A DNA stretch of 64,000 nt, taken from the NCBI GenBank assembly GCA_964016885.1, contig OZ024742.1:258974001-259038000 (forward strand), written 5' to 3'. The notes under the pieces were generated by a model. That model made no database searches. It saw nothing but the letters and a program-made list of their open reading frames with translations, and had not been told where the DNA came from. This DNA is from Eledone cirrhosa (lineage: Eukaryota). A program made the position numbers and the translations under genes. This document shows, piece by piece, positions 40,563-53,209 of the stretch; position 1 is the first letter of the stretch; each line of letters starts with the position of its first letter.

Positions 40563-40789
40563 ATGCCTGTATACATATATGTATGTACGTATACATACTT
40601 ATATTTAAGTAACAGCCGTACTAAGAGTGAGAAATGAAATGGTATATATTTTATCTGGTGATTCTATAGACATGTATTATGATATATAGCTCTGATTATT
40701 TAATTTATTAACTTTTCATTGAGCCACAAAGTGACCCGTTGCAAAACACGTATATGTATGTATGTATATAGATATATAGATATATGTAA

Positions 40790-40839
<50 letters not shown>

Positions 40840-41027
40840 AACCAGTAAGACCCCGACAGCTGAGCTCAAGCCGTTTCGACGGCTAATTCTGGACCAGAAT
40901 TAGCCGTCGAAACGGCTTGAGCTCAGCTGTCGGGGTCTTACTGGTTCCTATTACCCACTCTACTACCTCAAGTATTGAGTACTTTGGTGCGTTATGGTCC
41001 ACCTGGTTCCTTACCACATTTCCTTCG

Positions 41028-41072
<45 letters not shown>

Positions 41073-41301
41073 TTTACATATATCTATATATCTATATACA
41101 TACATACATATACGTGTTTTGCAACGGGTCACTTTGTGGCTCAATGAAAAGTTAATAAATTAAATAATCAGAGCTATATATCATAAAACATGTCTATAGA
41201 ATCACCAGATAAAATATATACCATTTCATTTCTCACTCTTAGTGCGGCTGTTACTTAAATATAAGTATGTATACGTACATACATATATGTATACAGGCGT
41301 A
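40563..41301. repeat. Outer inverted repeat 40563-40794 / 41068-41301 around a nested hairpin element
   Basis: About 230-bp near-identical inverted arms; part matches 33975-34050, part matches 19920-20000 and 50825-50900. Confidence 0.85.
40837..41028 (+). mobile_element. Hairpin-plus-tail insertion, family C
   Basis: Essentially perfect fold-back of about 56 bp plus 80-nt tail, in (TA)n. Confidence 0.88.
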
Positions 41302-41353
41302 CAGTAGCATGTATATATATACATACATGCACACATATATATATATATATATG

Positions 41354-41642
41354 TACGTATGGGTTTACAGAACATTTATTATAATACTCGGTTTGTTTGT
41401 AAACAAACAGCCCGAATTGAGCCGTTAATATGCATACGAAAGTATATACTTTCAGACGTTCAATCATCTGGCAGGAAGGTATACGATGCTGACGATAGCT
41501 AATAAGCTTGAAACTATTACATCGTTCCTTTGTCAGTGTTGAACAAAAGGGCAACGATGGTTGCTAAACACTGTACGGCTTAATTCGGGCTGTTTGTTTA
41601 CAAACAAACCGAGCATTATAATAAATGTTCGGTAAACCTAAA

Positions 41643-41646
<4 letters not shown>
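41354..41646 (+). mobile_element. Fold-back insertion with an HHR in the spacer
   Basis: Arms 41354-41425 / 41575-41646, (TA)n flanks. Confidence 0.8.
41483..41525 (+). ncRNA. Type I minimal hammerhead ribozyme
   Basis: ACGATG-CTGACGA-TAGCT(AATA)AGCTT-GAAA-CTAT-TA-CATCGT. Confidence 0.85.
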
Positions 41647-41678
<32 letters not shown>

Positions 41679-41742
41679 CATCTATGTATATATATACATA
41701 CTACTGTACGTCTGTATACATATATGTTTGTACGTATACATA

Positions 41743-41811
<69 letters not shown>

Positions 41812-42044
41812 GCGAGAGCCAGCTAATACAACGGTGCTGTATCAGGTACGTGCATCCGTTAGTCCGGAATATCAACTTGTTTAACTTATGCTGATGAAAA
41901 GGAACTGGCCTAAATCATTATATTAAAACACGCCCTACGGACTTGAGTTTCTCTATATCATGGATATTTTTACCAAACTATTAATACTATACACACACAC
42001 ACACACAAACAGACACACACACACACATATATATATATGTAAAC

Positions 42045-42075
<31 letters not shown>

Positions 42076-42259
42076 TATGTGTGTGTGTATGTGTGTGTGT
42101 TTGTCTGTCTGTCTCTCTATGTGTGAGTGTATCAAATATTCCAGAGATGCGGAAATTCGGAAATGACACAAATTGATTCAAGAAAAACAAAAACAAAAAA
42201 TGCGATATAAATTTCTATTATTCTGTTTTATAAAAAAACAAACAGAACACTAAAATAAT

Positions 42260-42444
42260 TGTTTCTACCTTTGGCACAAGGCCAGCAATTAACCAGTACA
42301 TTACTGGTACTTTATTTTATCGACCCCGCAAGGATGAAAGGCAAAGTCAACCTCAGCGGGATTTGAACTCAGATCGAAAAGGGACGTAACTATGCTGGAA
42401 AGCATGGCGTCCGACCCTCTACCGATACTGCCAATCCACCGCCT
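42260..42444 (-). mobile_element. SINE family 1, full length with TSD
   Basis: TSD AGAACACTAAAATAAT at 42244-42259 and 42445-42460. Confidence 0.9.
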
Positions 42445-42880
42445 AGAACACTAAAATAATGATAGATAATACAAACACGGAAAGAAAGAAAAGTCTGTAA
42501 AACGAAGAGTAGATGACAGGTCGATAAATGAAGAGAAGCAAGGAGGAGTTGTGAGAGCGATTAAAAGGGGAGGTGGAGGGGAAGATGAAGACAAAAATCA
42601 TCAAATTTGATGGAATTGGTGAATAACGGACAAGAAATGAAGGAAGGTATATAGAGAAAAGGAAAGCGTGATAAAAGCACATTACGGAAATGTATAATAA
42701 TGTTACTCTTCTATAAAGGTGTTTAAGAGGTATTTTATGTTAGCGTCGTTATTGCCCGGTTTAATATTTCACTTTAAATATCGTGAATATTGAGGCATCA
42801 ATATTCGTTTCGAAACCAACAATTAATATTTTTGTTATTCTTATTATATATATGGATGTTTATATATATATATATGTGTA

Positions 42881-42965
<85 letters not shown>

Positions 42966-43279
42966 GTATGTATCTATACGGAGAGTAAGTGAGTCATATA
43001 CAGAGATGGAGGGAGATAATATGATAACAAGATTAGTTACACTTCAGGCTACTTTTTCTTTATTGTTCCATTAATATTTTTACTAGTGAAAAGTAGTACT
43101 TCTAAATAATACATTTCACCACCGACACGAACCTTGATACAAAACCTCACGTCATGCCATTTATGTTGTAGCCTTAGAAGAAATTGATACGTTCTAACAT
43201 ATTTCATTTGAAGTTATGAAAGCTCTCTGCCATCATACAAGCTCTATCCTCTAAATCAAGAATGAAATATAATGTACAA

Positions 43280-43600
43280 GTTGTTGGTCCTCCGTCGGTT
43301 CCGACGAAATATCTTGCAGTCGACCTGGCCAGCGGAAAAGCTAGTCTATACACGAGATTTATTTTCAAGACACTGATTGTTCTACAGGCATGTGTACTTT
43401 AAGATATTTTTCAGTGAGATTCAGTAGATCACAAGGGTGTCTACTTTATATTATAGGGACAGGTCATTTTTTCCATTTACAAGAGTAACGTGACATGAGT
43501 TGCCTTGCTCATAAACCCAACGCACCATCGATCACTGAAATCACGACATTTCACTCTAAAGATGAACATTCTAACCCATAAGCCATACGCCTTCACAGAT
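43280..43600 (-). mobile_element. SINE family 2, degraded
   Basis: - strand TGAGCAAGGCAACTCATGTCACGTTACTC and CTGAATCTCACTGAAAA. Confidence 0.6.
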
Positions 43601-43689
43601 CTAACTATAGTAAAACACATGTTTACAGAGAGCCAGCCTTGTTCCATCAAGGCAAATCTTGAATCATAGTTCAAACATTATGCAAGTTT

Positions 43690-44335
43690 ATCAATTTTTT
43701 ATCTGATAATACTTTTGTTTTATCCTAAAATCTCCCATCGGCTGACGGCTGAAATGGCAACTGCACATTGTATTAAGTAGTAAACATTAGTTTGTTCTTA
43801 GGAACACATCTCTGTCCATTAAACCTCCAGCTGTGTCAATAGAATTTATATCCATACAAACTATTATGTATTCAGTCAGATCGCGACCGATGTAAGCTGC
43901 AATATTGCTATATTGACATATGCTTACGATGTCTCCAATGTGGCAGCAGACAGAGAGTAGTTAATACCGATTGAATGGACCTCCATCGCTTTCCATGACG
44001 AGTGTTCCACTTTTTGGATAAATAGCAATGGCTGACATAGACTCAAATTTTAAGTGGCTGAAGGTCACTCGGATACGTGTACTCTTAATGTAATTCTCAG
44101 AGTGATTCGACGTAATAGGGTGTGTAGTAACAGAGGCCCTTTGAATTGCATAACCAGTATATTTGACAGGTTTCTTAACCTTTTCCATATGCTGATTTTC
44201 AATAATTCAATAATTGCCGATCCGTCGGAAGTTATGGTAAATGATACTTGCTCACGAAGCCATTATTTTATCTAAAGCCTAACGTGTAATAATTTTGAAG
44301 CGAACTCCTGAACCATTCAGTCATGCTGCTGCATT
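43690..44335 (-). pseudogene. Highly decayed actin-like pseudogene fragment
   Basis: Colinear remnants NGSGV, KYTGYAIQ..HPI, GTLVMESDGG, GRDLTEYI, GYKF..TAGGLMDRDV and LSDKKLINLHN resemble actin NGSGM, GIVMDSGDG, GRDLTDYL, GYSFTTTAEREIVRDI and LPDGQVITIGN. Confidence 0.55.
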
Positions 44336-44497
44336 CACTAATGATCATCTAGATCACATGTAACCATTTACTAGAGTTAAATATCTTCACATTTTCTTTT
44401 GTATACAGGTAGAAACAGTAAGATATTAATTTGATAGGTCTGCATAGATATGTTACATTTTCTCTTGACCTATCCTTCTCTCTCTCTATATATATAT

Positions 44498-44597
44498 AAC
44501 GAAGGAATTGTAGTAAGGAACCAGATGGACCATAACGCACCCGAGTACTCAATACGAAACGGGTTGAGCACTGCTGTCGGCGTCATACCTTTTCCTA
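44498..44597. mobile_element. Family C copy with collapsed centre
   Basis: Reverse tail 44498-44553 joined to a forward HHR 3' half 44554-44597. Confidence 0.75.
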
Positions 44598-44747
44598 TAT
44601 ATATGTATATATATAGAGATAATAATAAATTTGAAGACTAAAATCCAAAGAGGGCTCGATAAGGATAAATATATATCAAATATATAAAAACAGTAGAGCA
44701 AATATTTATTAAAATAACAGATTAAAGTTTAATCAAAGAATCGCGAT

Positions 44748-44840
<93 letters not shown>

Positions 44841-44846
<6 letters not shown>

Positions 44847-45175
44847 AAAAAGCGATGAAATCGAAAATGCAACTGGAGTCTTATTTTTTTTTAAAATATA
44901 TATATTTATTTGGTTCCTTTACCGGTTTCGCAGTTCTTCTGCTTTTCAAAATGTGAGTTGAGATGGAGGGTCTGTGAGAAATACCACAGACCCTCCATCT
45001 CAACTCACCTTTTGAAAATCAGAAGAACTGCGAACCGGTAAAGGAACCAAATAAATTTATATATTTAAAAAAAAATAAGACTCCAGTTGCATTTTCGATT
45101 TCATCTCTTTTTCTTTATACTTTCACTCGTGTAGGACACCTCGGTTATTTTTCATTTTGTAAAAAAAACCTCACT

Positions 45176-45177
<2 letters not shown>
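44841..45177 (+). mobile_element. Fold-back insertion: arms 44841-44976 / 44985-45119, tail 45120-45177
   Basis: Inverted repeat with 8-nt loop in (TA)n; variant HHR in each arm; related end fragment at 28320-28370. Confidence 0.85.
44916..44952 (-). ncRNA. Hammerhead variant with U3-A8 core (mirror copy 45008-45044 on +)
   Basis: Two-arm consensus CCTT-TTGAAAA-GCAG(AAGAA)CTGC-GAAA-CCGG-TA-AAGG. Confidence 0.72.
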
Positions 45178-45237
<60 letters not shown>

Positions 45238-45467
45238 TATTGAGAAGCACATACTGTATGATAACTCATTTTCACTCGCCGATAATAAACAAAGCCTAAT
45301 AAGGTTTCTTTGCTCACATATTAATGTTAGCATGTACCGTTATATTAAACGAACTGTTCGTTGCTGAGGTTTGTGTACTTTTCATTGATTATATATCCCC
45401 TCCCTCTCTCTTTCTCTCTCTCCCCCTCTTTCTTCCTTTCTTTCTTTCTTTTTCCTCTCTCTCTCTC

Positions 45468-45508
<41 letters not shown>

Positions 45509-45560
45509 ATCTATTTATCTGTCTAATTATATACATACATACATAGATACATATATATAT

Positions 45561-45626
<66 letters not shown>

Positions 45627-46371
45627 ATATATATATATAATTATATGTGGGGTGGGGGTCTTAACTTTACCTTATTGATTTTGAATCATTGCTGATCATT
45701 CTCAATGACCGTGGCTGCTGTTGTTCATTTAGAAATCTTGAAGTAGATTTTGGTGTTTGCACCCCGTATCTTTGTTATTATAATTCTTTTGTAGCGAGAA
45801 TTATTCCTTTCTATCAGGAAATAAATATTAAGAAAATGTTTCACGAAACTAAGCAAATAACGGTATATTGACAGAACGTGAGTAACGACCGAAAAACCTT
45901 TCAGTAAATAATTTATTAAATGGATAATATCAATAAAGGAAGAAAATGAAATAAAGCACATTTCACTTTTCACTGTAGCAACTAGAATTTCTGTTTAGGA
46001 CAATGTTCACCGTCCTATGAAGTGGCACTTCGTCTATCCTGAATACTGTACCTGACAAATATATAGAGGGCTTAATAAGCTCATGTCTCACAATTGAAAA
46101 TGTGTGCAACTTAGTAAGTTCTTAGTAAGTTCAGTGTGTATTGGAATTCCGATCATACGATCATATATTAGATTTCTTGACCGGGCGGCTCTCTTTAGCA
46201 ATAAGCTTCCCGTAATGTTGCTTTTCATGATAGAACTGTAGCCCTTAACACACCCAAGAAATTCCTGTAGGATACAGCCTTGTATTAGGCCAACTGAAAT
46301 GCATATGCATAGGTGAGAGCCGTAAATTTCTTTGTTTATGTGGGGGAGGTGCTATTTTTCATTTTATAGAT

Positions 46372-46727
46372 CAGAGGTTCTCAAAGTGGGCCCTACTGGC
46401 CCCTCCCTCGGAGGCGAAGGCGAAAAAGGTTCAAGGGACGCTGGGGCCTCAATATGGGGGGGGGGGAGTAGAGATTAAATAATAGTATATTAAATGTCAA
46501 ATAATACATATATATAAATATCGTAAAATAAAAAATATATAATATAATATAATATTATATTATATATACATATTACATTGTTTATTATAAATAAATTAAC
46601 GATTTTATTTATTATACATTATTTACAATTTGCATGTAGGCAGATCTCTCTGGAAATAGGCTGAGGGGCGATATGGTTATTATGTGGCCCTTGGCGATCG
46701 GTGTCCCGAAAAGTTTGAGAAACTCTG
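46372..46727. mobile_element. hAT (Charlie-like) MITE
   Basis: TIRs CAGAGGTTCTCAAA / TTTGAGAAACTCTG; 8-bp TSD TTATAGAT / TGATAGAT. Confidence 0.85.
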
Positions 46728-47232
46728 TGATAGATGCTGCCGTACAAAATGCATTTCAAATGTTTGTTTACATTGCTTTACGGCGTGAATTTAAATCCTG
46801 TTGCTAATCAGGTTGGTTTTCCACCCTTATGCGGCTGGTAAAATAAAGACGATTTATTCAGCTTTGTTGTCATAGGGCTTATTATAGTAAGAAATCAATA
46901 CACGCACGGTTGTTTTCTTATCAGCTCATAAATCATACTCTATTTAGAGATTCATTTCAAACACTTTCCATCCATTTCCATACATTTGGGAACGACCAGA
47001 TGTTCTCCGATTACAAAGCAGTTAGTTAAATTTGATTGCCAGAATATAAGATGTAGTACGATTTGGAAAGGCGGCAACGTGGCAGACTCGTTAAAACGTC
47101 TGATATAATACTTTGAGATGTCTGCACTGGGTTTATGCGCACGAGCTCAAATCATCTCTAAGTGAATTTTACTTCCATGTCAAATTGATATACATACATA
47201 TAGACATATGAATATATATATTATATATATAT

Positions 47233-47293
<61 letters not shown>

Positions 47294-47597
47294 TTAATTT
47301 TTGTGTATATTATATTCGTGTAGGTATATATGTGAACCTGTGTATGTGAGAAGAGTCACTTGTCAACGTTGATATATTTATTAAAACATATTCGTCTCCC
47401 TAGAAAATAAATATCGCTGAAAGTAAATTTGAATTGCTAACTCGATTTCCAATATTTCCCGTAAAATATATAAGTGTACACACACACACATACACACATA
47501 TACACACATATACACACAAAACTGTATACATACACACACACGCACTCTCTCTCACACACACACACATACACACGCGCTCGCACATACACTTCACACA

Positions 47598-47643
<46 letters not shown>

Positions 47644-47918
47644 GCCCTCTCCTGCTGAGTACGGCGCATGCTCGCTTAGTAACAAAGTATATCTTAAATT
47701 ATAAAAGCTGGTAAATGCTAAGCAAAAATACAATTGACACAATACTATTTAATACGTAAAAAAGATTGATTTTAAAAAATTGGATAGTACATACAAACAC
47801 ACACACAAACATATAAGTAGATATATATATATACACACACACACATATATACACACACCCACACACACACATATACATATATATTATATATATTTATACA
47901 TATATAATATATATATAT

Positions 47919-48022
<104 letters not shown>

Positions 48023-48544
48023 TGAATGAATGCATATTATTATATCTGTAGTTTTGTAAAAAAACAAACATTTATTTTTTCAATAGTTGCAAGTGGTATG
48101 AGGTAACAGTGAAGATGTGTACTATCTGCACACATGCAGTGAGGCTTAAGTAATTTGGCTGGCAGCATAGTATCTCAGCCATTGATTTTTCATCAATTCT
48201 TTACTTTCGATCAGAAGCCATTGTTATTTTGAGTGCTGATATAACAATGGACGTCAGCAAAATGGCGTCCCCTACCTGGTAATTTCATGCCAGCTGTCTG
48301 CTCGTATGCATATATACATGCATTTTTAATGCGGTGTTCGTGTATGTATGCATTTACGTGACTTTAGTGATAATCTGAATGTGTCTATATATATATATAT
48401 ATATATCTTCGTAGTAAGTCTATGTACGTGTGAATCTGTTACCTGTTATGAGTGCATGTTTTTATGTACGTATGTATGTATTTATAGCATGATATAAGCA
48501 TATACACGTGTGTGTACATATACATATATACATATATACATGTG

Positions 48545-48585
<41 letters not shown>

Positions 48586-49265
48586 TATATATATATATAT
48601 GTGTGTGTGTGGAGGTGGGGATGCGTGTGTGTGCGTGTGTTTCTGTGTGTATGGGTGTGTAACAAGGAGTAGAAACGAGGTTTCAAAATAGCATCATTAT
48701 GTTTATTCATATGTGACTCAACACGCTTGCAACCTAAGTTTTCAAAGTGGAGAGAAACATTTTGGCCGATACAGGGCTCTGTTGAAAATCGAGTGCTCTT
48801 CTTTCATCCAGTCAATGGAACCTATTGACACAACACACGTACGTACTAACACGCGCGCGTGTGTGTGTGATTTTTTGTTCTGTAACTAGCCTCTTAATCC
48901 GAGGTTACACGCACATTCATTGTATTGCGGTTCACATTATTTATTTCACCGTGTTTAGTTTTTTCCTTAATTTATCTTATCTCATTTTACTTTTGTTTCA
49001 CTTCATATTCTTATCCTGTTCAACTAGCGTGCGTGCGAAAACATATGCATATTTTATCAAATTCAACCAAATTTTTCATTTTAAAGTAATTTGAAAAATT
49101 AACCAGTTTTTGAAGAGATATATAGTTATGAAAGTTTTAAACACACACGTTCTTTTTTAATATCTATCTTAAAGTTACTCTATTGGATTGTATTTTTATT
49201 TCAATTTCTTCCACCTATATTGATATATCATTTTCAATAAATACATATTACATTATGAAAATAAT

Positions 49266-49443
49266 TGTTTCTACTTTTGGCTCAAGGCCAGCAATTAACC
49301 CGGGTTATTACTGGTACTTTATTTAATCGACCCTATGAGGATGAAAAGCAAAGTTAACCTCGGTGGGATTTGAACTCAGATCATAAAGGACCGTAACTCT
49401 TTGCTTGCAAAGCACGGCGTCCGACTCTCTACCGATACTGCCA
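49266..49443 (-). mobile_element. SINE family 1 with TSD
   Basis: TSD ATGAAAATAAT at 49255-49265 and 49444-49454. Confidence 0.88.
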
Positions 49444-49480
49444 ATGAAAATAATATTGGATAAATATAGAATTTAGTAAT

Positions 49481-50248
49481 CATCATCATCATTCTTCGAC
49501 TACTGTCGAGATGATGGATCTCACCCTCATGCCCCAGAATTCCCTGTCCCCCATCGCTGCCCCAGGTCCTGTCTACTGATTCCCGTATCCTTAGAGATCA
49601 TTATGATCAGAAACAGGACCCGGGAAAGCAGGGGCTGGACCTATATAAACAGGTATACCATATAGTGTGGTTCCCTGAGGAACAGGAACCCTGGTGCAGT
49701 TAGTTGCGAAATCCATCATCTTTTCAAATAGCTAATAATGTGTGTGGGCGCCACTACTACACACATGTGAAAGAATTTGACAGCCAAGTCTTGAAGAAGG
49801 TGCTTTCTCCTCCGTGTGGTGGGTTACCCGGCGCCAGATACCAACCTGGCATTTATACCCTCGCCCTAATTGTTCGTGTTGCAAGCACTAGAGTAGTCGC
49901 TAACCAAAGCTACGGACCCACTCTATCCGTCTGGAGATACGTTGTACTAGCTTACCAGCATACTAGTAGCAGGAAGTAACGTCAGGGAATGTGACTTTTC
50001 CGGCACTGCAGCGCCTTTCGGCGGGCCGTGCTGGTTTTGGATGGTCATTGACTCCAAGAGCTCTAAGAGCTCCCAGGAGTTCCTTTGCCCTTTGACAGGT
50101 TTTGTTTTTAGTCCTGCAGGATGTCCAAAGTCACCCTCCTCACCAAGAAATCTTGGTGGGGTTGCCAGTTTAGTCGCCAACGACCCGACCATGGGACAGG
50201 TTGTACTGGGATACATGTTACCAGTAGCACCAACTGGTGACCTGACAT
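49481..50248 (-). mobile_element. Non-autonomous RTE-derived retroposon (5' UTR joined to 3' end)
   Basis: 11-bp TSD AATTTAGTAAT at 49470-49480 and 50249-50259; (GAT)n tail; terminal DTG..DL..AMGDREFW-like RTE ORF end; GC-richer than flanks. Confidence 0.75.
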
Positions 50249-50623
50249 AATTTAGTAATATGTGATACCATGTGTAAACTTAGACAAAATTGCCCCCAAT
50301 CCTAAAATCATTTCGCAAACATTTTAACATTGCAAATTACGTTATACAGACACCACAATCGAAATCGAAGTACGAATTATAATTAAAAATTCAAGTGTGT
50401 CCTAGTTTTCTTAAAATATAGATAGCGTATAATTGAATGTTATTCCTTTTACTGGTTTTTAGACATTAGACTGCGACCGACCAGACTGGGCCAGAAGGTT
50501 CAACAAAAGAACTTGTTTTATCGAAATCTCTCTTGCCCAAAACAAGCGACATAAACAAGAACATACACGTCAACATGGACATGGGCACAATCACACACAT
50601 ACACACACAGAATCACAGATACA

Positions 50624-50673
<50 letters not shown>

Positions 50674-50898
50674 TATATATTTTTATATATATATATATAT
50701 ATTTAGATATATAGGTAGATAGGGAGGGACCAGAGAGAGAGGTAGAGAGATAGAGAAGTAAAATCCCCCCGTAGGCCAAGCGGCTTCGGCTATATTTATA
50801 TGAACGGAAAAAATGAAACGAAATTTCATTTCACACTCTTAGTACGGCTGTTTCTTAAATATAAGTATGTACACGTACATACATATATGTATACAGAC

Positions 50899-50984
<86 letters not shown>

Positions 50985-51277
50985 TTTGTTCTTAACTCTG
51001 TAGCTAAGATTCATTCGGTCTCCTAGTTAGAATTTTAGTCTACGACTTCTGCTATACCATTTACGTACATACACAAGCATACGCAAAACCCTTACCATAG
51101 GTATACAAAACCACGCACATATAAATATGTGTGTGTGTGTATGCGTGTATACAAATAAATAAATAATTATATAAACGTATATAAAAATATAAATACGTAT
51201 ATAACAAGCGCACACACATACCTACATGTAAATACCTACAAATAAACGAAAGTTCGGAGACGTAAGTCAACCAGAAC

Positions 51278-51315
<38 letters not shown>

Positions 51316-51321
51316 ATATAT

Positions 51322-51352
<31 letters not shown>

Positions 51353-51355
51353 AAT

Positions 51356-51388
<33 letters not shown>

Positions 51389-51394
51389 AATATA

Positions 51395-51640
51395 TTGTTA
51401 TGCTTTGGGAGGGTCATGTTTCCAATAAGAAACACACGCACCAGTGCTTTCACTCCAATTTATTATAAATTAAATTTATAAATTTATGAATTTATAAATT
51501 TCCGGTTGGTTGGTTGGTTCCACAACCAGACGATTGTTCATATATTGTCAAAATTCTTTCTTCACACATTCTGTGACCTCTTCAGTGACTGGGGATTCTT
51601 TTCTTTGTTTTTGTGCCTCTCCTTTGTTCTGTCCTACGCC
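51395..51640 (-). mobile_element. PLE 3' end, family K, with HHR motif at 51546-51590
   Basis: High similarity to 19641-19890. Confidence 0.82.
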
Positions 51641-51929
51641 ATCTTCGCGAATGAGGCAACTCAGGAAACTGGGTTAACTCCGATATAATACCTGCGGCTC
51701 AGTAGTTACCGATGATGTTGATCTTTTCTTCTTTTCGGGTTATAGCTACTGTCGCTCAGAGAGTGGGATTGGTTCAGTGCACAGTCTTTCCTCACTTTAA
51801 AAAATATCTTCACACACAGGCATTGCACGATAGAATTAATAATAATTATTAACAATGGTATATCGTGCAATGGCCATACTTGATAACGAGGGGGCAGCCA
51901 TCATTTATATATATATATCTATATATATT

Positions 51930-52227
51930 TTGTTATACTTGGGGAGGGTCATATTTGTGTAATATTGCCAGAATTAATAACAGAACACACTCACTGTTTG
52001 GTTGGTTTTCGCTTTTCGCTTCTGTGTCTTTTATATCGGTAATCTAATTTATTCGGTCCTCAATGTTGCCATTGACTGACCGACGGTCAAAAATAATACA
52101 GATACAATATAGACACAAACACATATATATAGTTTATCAAAGTTCTTTCGTTGCACATCTGCAACATCGTCAGTGGTGCTATTGTTTCCTCCCGTTACAT
52201 TGTATGTCTACGCCATTTTTATTTCTG

Positions 52228-52228
<1 letters not shown>
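51930..52228 (-). mobile_element. PLE 3' end related to family K, with HHR motif at 52135-52178
   Basis: - strand CA-CTGACGA-T-GTTGCA(GATG)TGCAAC-GAAA-GAAC-TT-TG; terminal TTGTTATACTTGGGGAGGGTCAT shared with family K and 58715-58780. Confidence 0.7.
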
Positions 52229-52286
<58 letters not shown>

Positions 52287-52727
52287 TAAATATGAGTGGT
52301 CTTTGCAGTTTCTGTTTACAAAACCTTACAAGTCGATGGTGAATCCTGGACTATAATAGAAGTCATGTTATAAAAACTAATAATTATTTTTAACCATTAA
52401 AAGAATTAGTAAACATTGCTACATTTATATACAAACACCGTAAACACATAGCCACCCATACTACGCTTATGTTTGTATTTTCTATTCTCTTTTCTGTGTT
52501 TAAATCGAGCCGTGAAATACGCTCCAACTAATCAGCATTAGCATGATTACCAAATATCAATTTCAGTTGGTTCTTCTGTACTAAGACAACTCCCCTGTTG
52601 TTGTAAGTGTGTACCGATATCACAAAGATTGTGGGTTATTTTAAGCATTAATACTTAACAAGCTGTCCCCGTGGGATTTAAAGGAACATCCAACAAGTAT
52701 TAAAGATCTATATGATATTCTAAATAT

Positions 52728-52755
52728 GACAACAACAACAACAACAACAACAACA

Positions 52756-52801
<46 letters not shown>

Positions 52802-52845
52802 GTAGTACTACTGCTGCTGCTGTTGCTGCTGCTGCTACTTCTACT
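52728..52845. repeat. Compound trinucleotide repeat (CAA)n(CTA)n(CTG)n
   Basis: Direct reading. Confidence 0.9.
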
Positions 52846-52983
52846 CGTAGTAGGGAAACTTTTAATATGATTATTAAGGCCAGTTTCTATGCTTGATAAA
52901 TACTCCTCCTGACCAACAAAACGTACGTTCCTAGTATGACTCCGATGTAGAAACTTGACTTAGGATATATATACATACATACA

Positions 52984-53029
<46 letters not shown>

Positions 53030-53071
53030 GATTTCTGATTTTGATGGAGGGGTATGTCAATTAAATCGACT

Positions 53072-53209
53072 CCCAGTACATTACTGGTGCTTTATTTTAT
53101 CGAACCCGTAAGGATGAAAGGCAGAGCTAACCTCGACGGGATTTGAACTCAGAACGTAACGAAACGTAACACTATGCTGCGAAGAATGGTGGCCGACGCT
53201 CTACCGAAC
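53072..53209 (-). mobile_element. SINE family 1, partial
   Basis: TTTTATCGAACCCGTAAGGATGAAAGG..GGGATTTGAACTCAG. Confidence 0.8.

Noticed and set aside
48070-48108. Possible 16-nt microexon (TTTTTTCAATAG ... GAG|GTAACA)
   Set aside because: Weak donor and common by chance in AT-rich DNA; needs RNA-seq
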